DNA of 64,000 nucleotides from an uncultured Christensenella sp. (GCA_964387705.1 CAYLWT010000003.1:2693-66692), one strand, 5' to 3'; counted from the stretch's first letter, positions 1 to 9,990 are shown. Notes: generated by a model not told the origin, from the sequence alone. Numbers and translations: made by a program.

Positions 1-320
1 CCCTTAACCGCTTTTGTTATAACAAAATCTGATTGTTCTTTCATAAGTTTGTCATAACCAACTTCCTTCATTCCGCCTGCATATCCAGAGTGGTGGAAGT
101 ATTTTTTGTCTTTAAGTTTGTTGCCTGTAAGGACAACTTTGTCGCTATTTATAACAATAACATGATCCCCAGTATCAACATGTGGAGTATATTCTGGCTT
201 GTTTTTCCCTTTGAGAATTGAAGCAACTTGGCTTGCAACACGTCCAAGGGCAATGCCACTTGCATCAACAATATACCATTTTGATTCCACAGTTTGAGGT
301 TTTGCCATATAAGTTTTCAT
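1..320 (-). CDS. rplM: 50S ribosomal protein L13, N-terminal ~106 codons (3' end runs off the window start)
   Basis: Minus-strand translation from ATG 318-320: [68 protein letters not shown]..., a typical L13 N-terminus. GGAG at 332-335. Absent from the ORF track because no stop lies in the window. Confidence 0.9.
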   Translation of the reverse strand, partial: MKTYMAKPQTVESKWYIVDASGIALGRVASQVASILKGKNKPEYTPHVDTGDHVIVINSDKVVLTGNKLKDKKYFHHSGYAGGMKEVGYDKLMKEQSDFVITKAVK

Positions 321-414
321 TATTTATTTTTCTCCTTCAAACTTTGTCAAGTTTTTTGCACAAAAACAAATCTCATCTGGGCTAATAGATAAAATTCCAC
401 TTTTGCTATTCAAT

Positions 415-443
415 ATAATAGAACTTTTCCAACACATTGTCAA
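415..443 (-). promoter_or_regulatory. sigma70-type promoter for rplM (TTGACA-17 nt-TATTAT)
   Basis: Minus strand: TTGACA (443-438), 17-nt spacer, TATTAT (420-415). This leaves a ~88-nt leader before the rplM ATG. Confidence 0.5.
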
Positions 444-612
444 GTGTTTTTTTGATTTAATTTTCATTTACAAAATTTTATTCTTCTCTTATAAAAACAT
501 GACATTTTTGTTTACTTTTTAAATAAAAATTGCCGATTTTTTATCAAAAATTATTATTTTTTTCGCAAAAATTAACAAAAATACACTTGCGAATTCCCAC
601 AAATGAGTAAAG

Positions 613-1353
613 TTATTCTCCATATTCAACACTCTCAAGATAAAGTCCACAAGCTTTTGCGGTCCTTCCGACATCACTTCGCTTTCCACCCAAAAGACTT
701 TTGGCAAAACTGCCAAATGGTCTTTTATGTATCCCGACTTCCAGCATCGTCCCAACCAAAATTCTCACCATGTTATACAAAAAACCATTGCCTGTAATGC
801 GAAAATATAAATATTCTCCACATTGTTCAAAAGTAGCAGAATAGATTGTTCTTCTGGTGGTCGTGTTGCTAGCTCCGCTGGCAACATATGCAGAAAAATC
901 ATGTTCGCCAATAAGTTCCTTTGCACATTTGTTCAAAAGATTTATATCGAGTTCCCGTGGATAATGCAACAATCTATCTTCATCAAAAACACTCATCGTT
1001 TCGCCTGTAAAAATCTTGTAAAGGTAAGTCTTTTTCTTTGCAGATTTTCGAGCATTGAAATCCAAATTTTGTTCTTTTGCATCAATAATTCTTATGTCTT
1101 TTGGCAAATGTTGATTTATTACAATTTTAAGTCTAGCTGTCGGGACTGTGCCATTATACATAAAATTTGCGATTTGTCCCAAAGCATGCACCCCAGCATC
1201 TGTTCTTCCACTTGGGATTAAACTTACCTTTTCATTCAAAGATTCAAAAATTGCATCTTCCAAAACTTGTTGAATCGACAAACCATTTTTCTGTCTTTGA
1301 AATCCACAATAATTTGTTCCAAGATATTGAATTGTTAAAGATATATTTTTCAT
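613..1353 (-). CDS. truA: tRNA pseudouridine(38-40) synthase TruA
   Basis: 246 aa. Contains the GRTDAGVHA catalytic-Asp motif. N-terminus MKNISLTIQYLGTNYCGFQRQ is typical of TruA. Confidence 0.93.
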   Translation of the reverse strand: MKNISLTIQYLGTNYCGFQRQKNGLSIQQVLEDAIFESLNEKVSLIPSGRTDAGVHALGQIANFMYNGTVPTARLKIVINQHLPKDIRIIDAKEQNLDFNARKSAKKKTYLYKIFTGETMSVFDEDRLLHYPRELDINLLNKCAKELIGEHDFSAYVASGASNTTTRRTIYSATFEQCGEYLYFRITGNGFLYNMVRILVGTMLEVGIHKRPFGSFAKSLLGGKRSDVGRTAKACGLYLESVEYGE

Positions 1354-1439
1354 GTTGATATACTAACACATTTATTTTAAAATGGCAATTGTTTGGGTCG
1401 AAATCATCTACTTTTGGCAAAAATTACACCTCAATATGT

Positions 1440-1468
1440 TTGACAAATTTCCCTAAACCTTGGATAAT
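1440..1468 (+). promoter_or_regulatory. sigma70-type promoter for the PFOR gene (TTGACA-17-GATAAT)
   Basis: TTGACA 1440-1445, 17-nt spacer, GATAAT 1463-1468. It lies inside the TTG-started N-terminal extension of the ORF track, which supports the ATG at 1496. Confidence 0.55.
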
Positions 1469-1495
1469 ATGTTGAAGAAATTTGGAGGAAAAAAT

Positions 1496-4400
1496 ATGAA
1501 AATTACTGTTGATGGAAACACCGCCTGTGCAAAAATGGCTTATGCCTTTTCTGAAATGGCGGTTATATATCCCATAACGCCTTCATCACCAATGGCAGAA
1601 TCTTGTGATGAATGGCAAACAAAGGGTGAAAAAAATATTTTTGGAAACACTGTAAAGGTTTCTCAAATGCAGTCTGAAGCCGGTGTTGCTGGGGCTGTTC
1701 ATGGTGCACTTGCATGTGGATCACTTGCCACAACTTTCACTGCAAGTCAGGGGCTTCTTCTTATGATTCCTAATATGTATAAGATTGCAGGTGAGTTGTT
1801 GCCTACTGTTTTCCATGTTACAGCAAGAGCATTGTCCACTCATGCCCTGTCAATTTTTGGTGACCATGCAGATGTGATGGCCTGCAGACAAACGGGTTTC
1901 GCTATGATTTGTTCAAACACTGTACAGGAAGCACAGGACATGGCTGTTGTGTCGCATATTGCCACATTGAAATCCCGTGTTCCATTTTTACATTTTTTCG
2001 ATGGATTTAGAACATCGCACGAGATTCAAAAAATTGATGGAATCTCTTATGATGACCTGAAAAAGATCTTGCCACAAAAAGAGATAGAAAGTTTTAAGCT
2101 CGGAGCATTGTCAAGTGTTTCACCTCACCAACAAGGCACTGCACAAAATCCAGATATTTATTTTCAAAATAGAGAAGCTTGTGAAATATTTTACAAACAA
2201 ACTCCCAAGGCTGTTTTGAGTGCTATGCAAGATGTCGAAAAAATAACAGGCAGACATTATTCCATATTTGAATATTTTGGCGATCCAAATGCAACTGATG
2301 TGGTTGTTCTTATGGGAAGTGGCATTGAGACAATGAAAGAAACTCAAAAATATCTTGCTCAAAATGGCCGTCATGGTTTGGGTGTCTTGTGTGTTAGGTT
2401 GTATAGACCTTTTGTCTCCGCAAAATTTGTGGAAGCCTTGCCAAAAAATGTAAAGAGGATTGCCGTTCTTGACAGGACAAAAGAAAACGGAGCCGATGGT
2501 GAACCATTGTATAAAGATGTCGCATCAGCTTTATATGAATTTGGATACAATGCTAAAATTATTCATGGAAGATATGGCTTGGGCGGAAAAGATTTTACTC
2601 CAGCAATGGCAAAAAGTGTCTTCGACAACTTGCAAGGAGAAATGAAGAATGATTTTACAGTTGGAATTATTGATGATGTCCTGAATTCTTCCCTGCCATA
2701 CGATAAGACATTTCACATTGATGATAACAATTACTCATGCAAATTTTTTGGGTTAGGAAGTGACGGAACAGTAAGTGCAAATAAAAATTCAATTAAAATT
2801 ATAGGCTCAAACACAGACCTTTTTGCACAAGGATATTTTGAATATGATTCAAAAAAATCTGGCAGTGCAACTATTTCTCACTTACGTTTTGGCAAAAACC
2901 CTACAAATCAACCTTACCTTGTGACAAATGCTAACTTTGTTGCGTGTCACAACATCAGTTTTGTCGGGAAATATGATATGGCCAGTGACTTAAAACAAAA
3001 TGGGATATTTTTGCTTAACTCGCCATACGGCACCAAAAACTTGGACAAAATTTTGCCACAAGAATTCTTTGAAACACTAAAAAATAAAAATGCAAAACTT
3101 TATGTCATAAATGCCAACGAAGTATCAGAAAAAGCTGGACTTGGGAAAAGAATAAATGTTGTTATGCAAGCGTGTTTCTTTAAACTGACGAATATTATTC
3201 CTTATGATATTGTTGAAGATTTGCTTATTACGGCTTCTGCAAAAACTTATGCAAGAAAAGGGCAAGCGATTGTTGACGCGAATATTAAAGCGATAAAAAG
3301 CGCCACAGAGAATTTGAAGGAATATAACCTAACTGGATGTATTCCTCATAAAAAACAAGAAACAAAAAATCTAAATCTTGACGCATATGACAAAGATTTT
3401 ATAAAAGTTATTGAACACAAACATGGAGATGACCTCCCTGTGTCCAAATTTTCTCCACGAGGATACGTTCCAACGAACACATCCCGCTTTGAAAAACGTG
3501 GGATTTCCATCACAAGTCCAAAATGGATAAAACAAAATTGTATTCAGTGCAATATGTGTTCCGCAGTTTGCCCACATAGTGCAATAAGACCTATTCTTGT
3601 GCCTGACGAAAAGTTATCTTCCGCCCCGGAAAATTTCGAAACAATAAAGGCGCTTGGCGTAAATGGGTGTAATTTCAGAGTTCAAATTGATGTTGCGAAC
3701 TGCACAGGTTGTGAAAATTGTGTTAAGGTTTGCCCTGCAAAAAACAAAGCACTTGAAATGGTTGCTAGTGTTGACCTTGAACAAATAGAAAAAGAAAATG
3801 TGGATTATGCAAGCAAGATTGAAAATCCAAAAACCATTTTTAAAACAAACACCCTAAAAGGCAGCCAATTTGAAAAACCATACTTTGAATTTTCAGGTGC
3901 TTGTGCAGGGTGTGGTGAAACACCTTATATTAAACTTGCGAGCCAACTTTTTGGCAAAAGAATGATTATCGCAAATGCGACTGGATGCAGTAGTATTTAT
4001 TCAGGTAGCGCCCCAACCTCCCCATTCGCTAAAAATAATTTGGGACATGGGCCAGCATGGGCCAGCAGTTTGTTTGAGGACAATGCAGAATTTGGTTATG
4101 GCATGGCTTTGGCAAAGAAAAATGCTAGAATAGCCCTAAAAAATGAGGTTATAAAATATTTCCCAAGTTGCAAAACTGAAAAACTCACAAAATTGCTTAC
4201 AGTTTGGCTAGAAAATTTTGACGATGGTGAAAAATCTTATGAGATTTCAAATGATATTTTGACAAGCGGTCTTTTAACAAATACTCCACTTGAAAAGCAC
4301 AAAAATTCTTTTGTTAAGGAAAGTGTTTGGATAATTGGTGGCGATGGCTGGGCATATGACATCGGCTTTGGAGGGCTAGACCAAGTTTTGGCAAGCGGTG

Positions 4401-4963
4401 AAAATGTCAACATCCTTGTTCTTAACACTGAGGTGTACTCAAATACAGGTGGGCAGATGTCAAAGGCGACTCCATTGTCCGCCACAGCAAAATTTGCATC
4501 AAGCGGCAAAAGAACTCCAAAAAAAGACCTTGGTATGATTGCAATGACTTACAAAAATGTTTATGTCGCACAAATCGGATTGGGAGCAAATATGAATCAA
4601 GCAGTACAAGCAATGTGTGAAGCCGAAAGTTTCAATGGGCCAAGCCTTATAATTGCCTATGCCCCATGTATAAATCATGGAATAAATATGTCCGGCGCAC
4701 AAGATGAAATTAAGAAGGCCGTTGCAAGTGGCTATTGGAATTTATTTAGATATGACCCACGCCTTTTACAAGATGGCAAAAATCCATTCCGACTTGACTC
4801 TCCCGCTCCAAATATGGATTATGAGGACTTTTTGAAGGGTGAAGCAAGATATACAGCATTAGAAAGACTTTCCCCACAACTTGCAAAAGAACTCTTTGAG
4901 GAAAGCAAAAAATGTGCACTAGAGAGATATGAAATGTATAAGCATCTTGCCTCTCAAAACTAA
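1496..4963 (+). CDS. nifJ: pyruvate:ferredoxin (flavodoxin) oxidoreductase, single-chain PFOR
   Basis: ~1155 aa. Two 4Fe-4S motifs (CIQCNMCSAVCP, CTGCENCVKVCP) and a TPP-binding block GGDGWAYDIGFGGLD. GGAGG at 1484-1488 precedes ATG 1496 (MKITVDGNTA...). Confidence 0.95.
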   Translation: MKITVDGNTACAKMAYAFSEMAVIYPITPSSPMAESCDEWQTKGEKNIFGNTVKVSQMQSEAGVAGAVHGALACGSLATTFTASQGLLLMIPNMYKIAGELLPTVFHVTARALSTHALSIFGDHADVMACRQTGFAMICSNTVQEAQDMAVVSHIATLKSRVPFLHFFDGFRTSHEIQKIDGISYDDLKKILPQKEIESFKLGALSSVSPHQQGTAQNPDIYFQNREACEIFYKQTPKAVLSAMQDVEKITGRHYSIFEYFGDPNATDVVVLMGSGIETMKETQKYLAQNGRHGLGVLCVRLYRPFVSAKFVEALPKNVKRIAVLDRTKENGADGEPLYKDVASALYEFGYNAKIIHGRYGLGGKDFTPAMAKSVFDNLQGEMKNDFTVGIIDDVLNSSLPYDKTFHIDDNNYSCKFFGLGSDGTVSANKNSIKIIGSNTDLFAQGYFEYDSKKSGSATISHLRFGKNPTNQPYLVTNANFVACHNISFVGKYDMASDLKQNGIFLLNSPYGTKNLDKILPQEFFETLKNKNAKLYVINANEVSEKAGLGKRINVVMQACFFKLTNIIPYDIVEDLLITASAKTYARKGQAIVDANIKAIKSATENLKEYNLTGCIPHKKQETKNLNLDAYDKDFIKVIEHKHGDDLPVSKFSPRGYVPTNTSRFEKRGISITSPKWIKQNCIQCNMCSAVCPHSAIRPILVPDEKLSSAPENFETIKALGVNGCNFRVQIDVANCTGCENCVKVCPAKNKALEMVASVDLEQIEKENVDYASKIENPKTIFKTNTLKGSQFEKPYFEFSGACAGCGETPYIKLASQLFGKRMIIANATGCSSIYSGSAPTSPFAKNNLGHGPAWASSLFEDNAEFGYGMALAKKNARIALKNEVIKYFPSCKTEKLTKLLTVWLENFDDGEKSYEISNDILTSGLLTNTPLEKHKNSFVKESVWIIGGDGWAYDIGFGGLDQVLASGENVNILVLNTEVYSNTGGQMSKATPLSATAKFASSGKRTPKKDLGMIAMTYKNVYVAQIGLGANMNQAVQAMCEAESFNGPSLIIAYAPCINHGINMSGAQDEIKKAVASGYWNLFRYDPRLLQDGKNPFRLDSPAPNMDYEDFLKGEARYTALERLSPQLAKELFEESKKCALERYEMYKHLASQN

Positions 4964-4973
4964 ATAAAGTTGT

Positions 4974-5007
4974 AAAAAGAGATACTTCTAAAGTATCTCT
5001 TTTTTTG
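4974..5007. terminator. bidirectional intrinsic terminator between the convergent PFOR and surface-protein genes
   Basis: AAAA-AGAGATACT-tctaa-AGTATCTCT-TTTTTTT: a 9-bp perfect stem flanked by an A-run and a T-run. Confidence 0.75.
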
Positions 5008-5017
5008 CAAAATTATT

Positions 5018-8000
5018 TTATTTATTATAACTCCACCAATTAAATTTGTGTTTTCTTTTTCTAGTAATTGCACCAACAATAACACCGATTATTACGACCC
5101 CAGCCAACACTCCAAGTGCAATATATAATATTTTGCGATTATTGACGATTTTTACATTTATTGTTGTATCTTCTGTTATATTGTTAAGCGCCACATCAAA
5201 CTCAAAATGTTCCAAAAATTTAAGATCATAAACTTCATTTAATGCCTCTGTGGAACAGACTGTGCCATAAGTGACAGTTTCCGTGACTGTTTGCCCATCT
5301 TCAAATTTAAATGTCACATTGTAAACATCAGGGGTGTAAACTGCATGAATTATTTTGTCAGATTGAATGTTTTCTATGACTGGGATGTCCCAAACAGGAG
5401 CAACCTGGGTGTAATGTTCCTTCTCTGGAATTGTTGGGATATTCTCTTGAGGTAAACTTTGACCATGCTGAAGTTCTTTTGTGTCAACAATTGCATCATC
5501 AATGATATATTCTATTTTATAGATATTAATTGTCACATTATCCACTTCAATTGTAAAATTGCCCTTAACTTTTTTAATGGAATATTCTAACTTAACAATT
5601 GGATCCTCATTTATATTTACTTCCTCATTGCTAAATAAAGAAGATATCGAGCTGTATGACAATGATGTTCGCGAACTAACGGCTTCTTCTTTTTCACCAT
5701 TATCCCAAATTATAAAAACTTTGAGTGAATCTTTTGATTTGCTATATCCACTTTGAAGAATCACATAAAATTCTATTTGAGCCCCATATTTCACTTCCTC
5801 GTCACCCTGGACTTCAAATTTTTCGTTTTTAGTCGGGATGGTCATTGTGCAAGGTTCACCTTCCCATTTTGCATAAAGCACCAGATTTTTCGCAGTGCCC
5901 TTCGTCACTTCTTCTATTTTATTTTTATAAGAAGAATCTTCATACCAGCCCTTAAAATTGTATCTCGCCCTAGTTGGAATTGGGAGAGAGAACGTTTCTG
6001 TTGTGACATCAAAAGTCGTTCTAAGTTCTTCCGCCGCTATTTCACCGCCAAACAACTTGTATTCTATGGAATATGGGATAATTTGGTATCCCCCCACAAA
6101 TGTAACATCATCTTTTACTTCATATGTCGAGATGTCAACAGTTTCATTTTCTATTTGCCATCCTAAAAATTTATACCCCGTAACATTTGTATTGATTGTT
6201 GTTGGCTCTTTAATCTTTCCAAATTGTAAAACCGAGAAACTTTCAGTTTGGTCTAAATATGTGAATGTTATCTTGCATTCTTTGTATGTAATGGTATATA
6301 TACCCTCGGTTGGAATGACATCATAATTTTGATTCTTGGAACATGCGGATATTGTGTAGCCTGTGCTGTTTTTTCGAGTAGTGTTTGAAATAGGGTTTCC
6401 TCTTGAATCATTGCAAATAAATTCTACGATACTTGCAACGCTGTCACTAGAAACGATATTCCCCTCTGTGCCATTTAAAAATTCATATTTAAAGTCTAAA
6501 TCCAAATTCCCATATTGACTTGACATATCCAAAAGTTTTATTTCTAATATTGCTTTGGAGATAATAAATGAACCGTCAATATTTTCTGAAAAAGTATAAT
6601 TGTTTAAACAACTGGTCAAGGCGACTGATCCCTTCTTATATTTGTACGTTCCCACGCTTTCGCCTATTTCTCTCTCCAATTCACCAGAGTAAGTTACATC
6701 GTCATCATAAACGATTCCACTTAAGGTGAATGTGAAAACGGGGTCAACCTCCCCATATTTTTTGCTTAGGTTTTCAGTTGGAACTATTTTTAATTCTTTT
6801 TTTATAATGTTAAATTTTACATTACCATTTAATTGAATTTTATAATTATCCTTTTTAAATGCCCCAGAATCTACAAGTTTCAATGATCCAATAGTTATTT
6901 CATATTCTCCCACTGCAACGGCACCTTTTTTGGTAAGTTTGCCATCAAATGCTGGGGTTTCGCCATCAACATCGCACAAATAGGTATACTCAATTTTATA
7001 ATCACTATTGCCATAAACAGTGCTTTGTCCGCTGTTTGGTGTTACATACACTGTTGCCGGTAAAATTACAATGGAAACTGTTGCATAAGAATCCTCATAA
7101 TTTTTCATTGAGAATTTAAGTGTTAAGGTGGTTGTCCCAACATCTTTTCTGCCAATTGATGTAATGGAGCTATTTTCTTCCGAATAAATTTTCCCCTCGC
7201 AATATCTCACGCTCATACTTTCATTTATAAAAAGGTCAATGAAATGCTCATTCCCATCATATGTTGCAGTTTTATCTGAAACATAATAACTAGCATCAAA
7301 TGTCCCATTTGTTATATAAAGATAAGATTCTTCAAGTTCAAAAGTGTAATTGCTTGCCAAGAATTTGCCATCATCTCCATTTACAAATGAAAGGCTTCCT
7401 ATCAAAATTCTATATTGCCCGACATCACCCCCACTTTCTCTTGAAAGTGTTCCTTCATATTCCGCAGTTTCCCCACTACAAATGTTTTCAAGCGTAAAAT
7501 TAAACTCTGGGTCCGACTCTCCAACCTTTTTTGAAAATATTTTATCAAAACATATTTTGATAACACGTTGTTTTATTTCAAGTTCAGAATCTGCGGTTAA
7601 TTCAAATGTATAATTATTTGCATAAAATTTTGAATCCACATCATTAACAAGTTTTGATGTTGACAACAAAGAATACTTATATGTGCCAGCATTATCCCCA
7701 ATTTCTCGCGTAAAATAAAGTTTTGCATTTGGGACCTCATCGCCCACCACCCCAATGATTTCATAATGTATTTCTGGGTCATCATCACCATAGTATTTAA
7801 AATTTTTGTTTGGACTAGCAGTTATTCTCAAAACTTTTGGTGCTATTGTAAAAATTTTTGTCCCATCAAATATAAGCGTATAGTTTGATGACTTAAAATT
7901 TGCACCATCAATAAGTTTAAAGTCTCCAATAGTTATTGCGTACTCTCCAACATTTGAACCGACATCTCTTTGAAGCCCACCATTGTATTCCAGCTTTTCA

Positions 8001-9970
8001 CCATCGGCAAGCCCACTACAATCAAAATTGAAAATCTGATTATCATCATCGCCATACGTTATGGTTCTCTCAATAGGAGTTATTGTTAAAGGTTGTGGGT
8101 CTATTTGCACATAACAAATCTCTGTTCTTGATTCATAAAAATTAGCGGAAAACTTTATTATAATTTTGTATGGCAAAACAACTTTATTCCCATTTGAATC
8201 TTTTCCCCACTTGACATCAACAAGATTTATGTCGTCTACAAAATCACCACCATCTACACTATACGTTACTGTTACCCCTGTTGTTGGCGTTTGCACTGAA
8301 ACCTGTGGGTTGTGGCTTTTGCCATCATATGTAACTTTTATGTCTTTCTCTTCAATAGAAAATGAAATCTCCCCCTTAATTTTACTTTCAACAATCATCG
8401 GCAAAACGGAATCATATGATGGAGAACTGCCAATTGAATATTTTCCCCATCCACTTGTTCCATTTATGTTTGAGGTTCTATAAGTTGGATATGTTATGTT
8501 TGCCGAATTGTTACCTGCAAACACACTAGCCCCTGCGTCGACTTGCATAAAAACCACAAAATACTCTCCCGTAAGTTCAATCTCTTCACTTAAATCAATG
8601 TAATAAAACCCTGTTTGTTGCGAAGTAAATTGAAATTCCTGACTTTCTGGTACATTCGAATTTTTAACCTTTGTGCTAGAAGGAAATTTTTTCGCCAAAA
8701 TCGTTGACAAGGATGTTAAATCATTGGTAGAAATCCCACTGGCAATGTAAATATTAAAATTCGTTGTTGGGTTATTAGAACTGTAATATTGTTCACTATT
8801 CATGCTAACTGTGCTGACTGCTGGCACTTTTATTCTTGAAACATATTGATTTTCATAATCTTTTCTTTCAAATATATTTGCAAAAATATTTTTTTTATCT
8901 AATTGAATAAAAGTGGTTGAATAATTTAAACCTGAAAATACACAAAATTGATTTTTATTTACTGCACCTTCAACACCCATTTTATCATAAATAATTACAT
9001 TTTCATTTTCTATTTCGCCAACACGAACAAACCCTGAAACATTATCTTCAATGTAACTATCGTTATACATCACATAGAAAAAACCGTTTTCCCCAAAATT
9101 TGAACCATATGAATTTTGACAAATATATGCTCCTGTGTTTCCATTTCCATCAGTTATTTCGTCATCCCAACCGACAACTGCAATCAAGTGATTAACAGTG
9201 TTCGTTCCTTTATAGATGTATGTATTAGTTTCGTTATTGAAATAATTTCCCCCATTGTAATAAATTGAAGCAGTAACAGCTCCATAAGTTGAAATATGTT
9301 TTTTTATTGAATTTCTAAGGGCAAGTATATCTTGTTCAGTTTGCTCATCGCTAATATTGTCAGCTTTATTATTAATTTCTATTGCCGTTCTTGAAGGGAA
9401 ATTTATACTTTCCTTTGCCTCATATGGAAGATAAACTCTTTGATTTGACTTGATTTGACTCTCATAATAACTCTTAAGTGTTGAGTCTCCGCTCCAACTA
9501 CTTTTGCTACTTGTTTCCCAAGATTGTTCTTTAGCAACTCCAACCCCTCGAGTTAAATATTCATACGCGAATTCAAATGCTCCACCACCAACATTTCCAC
9601 TTCCACGTGCTTCAACATAAATATAATATGCCATATCTGCTTCAGAAAAATTCAAATCAAAATTTTTATCCACAACATTTGTCATTCGTAAGGTCGTTTC
9701 AAAAGCTGTCAAAGAACCAAATGCCCAACAAATTCCCGCTCCACTTTGGTTGCCAACCCTATATGGCAAATTTTCACTTTTTTCAACAGTAATCCCATTG
9801 ACATTAAACAATGAATAAGATGTCGGCAAGGCTTCGACCTCTTGCGAAACAACTTGATTTTGAGCATAAACTTCTTTTTCCCCTGCAAGCGACACCCCAC
9901 ATAGCAAACAAGAAATAGACACCACAATGCCCAAAATTGTATATAACAACTTATGTTTACTCTTTTGCAT
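5018..9970 (-). CDS. giant cell-surface protein: signal peptide, papain-like (C1) cysteine peptidase domain, MBG-type repeats, Listeria-Bacteroides (Flg_new-like) repeats, C-terminal TM anchor
   Basis: 1650 aa. N-terminal hydrophobic signal (LLYTILGIVVSISCLLCGVSLAG). C1 triad context: QSGAGICWAFGS (Cys81), VNHLIAVVGWDD (His261), QNSYGSNFGENGFFYV (Asn286). C-terminal ILYIALGVLAGVVIIGVIVGAI followed by TRKRKHK. Confidence 0.8.
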   Translation of the reverse strand: MQKSKHKLLYTILGIVVSISCLLCGVSLAGEKEVYAQNQVVSQEVEALPTSYSLFNVNGITVEKSENLPYRVGNQSGAGICWAFGSLTAFETTLRMTNVVDKNFDLNFSEADMAYYIYVEARGSGNVGGGAFEFAYEYLTRGVGVAKEQSWETSSKSSWSGDSTLKSYYESQIKSNQRVYLPYEAKESINFPSRTAIEINNKADNISDEQTEQDILALRNSIKKHISTYGAVTASIYYNGGNYFNNETNTYIYKGTNTVNHLIAVVGWDDEITDGNGNTGAYICQNSYGSNFGENGFFYVMYNDSYIEDNVSGFVRVGEIENENVIIYDKMGVEGAVNKNQFCVFSGLNYSTTFIQLDKKNIFANIFERKDYENQYVSRIKVPAVSTVSMNSEQYYSSNNPTTNFNIYIASGISTNDLTSLSTILAKKFPSSTKVKNSNVPESQEFQFTSQQTGFYYIDLSEEIELTGEYFVVFMQVDAGASVFAGNNSANITYPTYRTSNINGTSGWGKYSIGSSPSYDSVLPMIVESKIKGEISFSIEEKDIKVTYDGKSHNPQVSVQTPTTGVTVTYSVDGGDFVDDINLVDVKWGKDSNGNKVVLPYKIIIKFSANFYESRTEICYVQIDPQPLTITPIERTITYGDDDNQIFNFDCSGLADGEKLEYNGGLQRDVGSNVGEYAITIGDFKLIDGANFKSSNYTLIFDGTKIFTIAPKVLRITASPNKNFKYYGDDDPEIHYEIIGVVGDEVPNAKLYFTREIGDNAGTYKYSLLSTSKLVNDVDSKFYANNYTFELTADSELEIKQRVIKICFDKIFSKKVGESDPEFNFTLENICSGETAEYEGTLSRESGGDVGQYRILIGSLSFVNGDDGKFLASNYTFELEESYLYITNGTFDASYYVSDKTATYDGNEHFIDLFINESMSVRYCEGKIYSEENSSITSIGRKDVGTTTLTLKFSMKNYEDSYATVSIVILPATVYVTPNSGQSTVYGNSDYKIEYTYLCDVDGETPAFDGKLTKKGAVAVGEYEITIGSLKLVDSGAFKKDNYKIQLNGNVKFNIIKKELKIVPTENLSKKYGEVDPVFTFTLSGIVYDDDVTYSGELEREIGESVGTYKYKKGSVALTSCLNNYTFSENIDGSFIISKAILEIKLLDMSSQYGNLDLDFKYEFLNGTEGNIVSSDSVASIVEFICNDSRGNPISNTTRKNSTGYTISACSKNQNYDVIPTEGIYTITYKECKITFTYLDQTESFSVLQFGKIKEPTTINTNVTGYKFLGWQIENETVDISTYEVKDDVTFVGGYQIIPYSIEYKLFGGEIAAEELRTTFDVTTETFSLPIPTRARYNFKGWYEDSSYKNKIEEVTKGTAKNLVLYAKWEGEPCTMTIPTKNEKFEVQGDEEVKYGAQIEFYVILQSGYSKSKDSLKVFIIWDNGEKEEAVSSRTSLSYSSISSLFSNEEVNINEDPIVKLEYSIKKVKGNFTIEVDNVTINIYKIEYIIDDAIVDTKELQHGQSLPQENIPTIPEKEHYTQVAPVWDIPVIENIQSDKIIHAVYTPDVYNVTFKFEDGQTVTETVTYGTVCSTEALNEVYDLKFLEHFEFDVALNNITEDTTINVKIVNNRKILYIALGVLAGVVIIGVIVGAITRKRKHKFNWWSYNK
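5135..6253 (-). repeat. Listeria-Bacteroides (InlB B-repeat / Flg_new-like) repeat region (aa ~1240-1612)
   Basis: Signatures GYKFLGWQIENETV...DVTFVGGY, YNFKGWYEDSSYKNKI...NLVLYAKWE, HYTQVAPVWDIP...DKIIHAVY. Confidence 0.55.
6275..8092 (-). repeat. six tandem ~85-aa MBG-type (YG-x-DP ... VG-x-Y ... NY) protein repeats, with one divergent insert
   Basis: Recurring pattern at aa ~627-1232, e.g. TITYGDDDNQIFNF...DVGSNVGEYAITIG...SSNYTLIF; YYGDDDPEIHYE...GDNAGTYKYSL...ANNYTFEL; KVGESDPEFNFT...GGDVGQYRILIG...ASNYTFEL; VYGNSDYKIEYT...AVAVGEYEITIG...KDNYKIQL; KYGEVDPVFTFT...GESVGTYKYKKG...LNNYTFSE. Confidence 0.65.
9056..9829 (-). other. peptidase C1 (papain-like) domain of the surface protein (aa ~48-305)
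   Basis: Cys/His/Asn motifs as listed for the CDS. Domain borders estimated by eye. Confidence 0.7.
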
Positions 9971-9990
9971 AATTTTCCTCTTTTAACATT

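Noticed and set aside
1460-1495. N-terminal extensions proposed by the ORF track (PFOR 1460, ntpA 13796, ntpG 14139, ntpE 15666, ntpI 18017, rplS 29569, rpsT 53545, asd 53019, dapA 51982, dapB 50991, plsX 48768, PepD-like 22124)
   Set aside because: In each case a downstream ATG is preceded at 5-11 nt by a GGAGG-type RBS. The extension either contains that RBS or a promoter, overlaps the upstream gene, or starts at TTG. The shorter starts were adopted.
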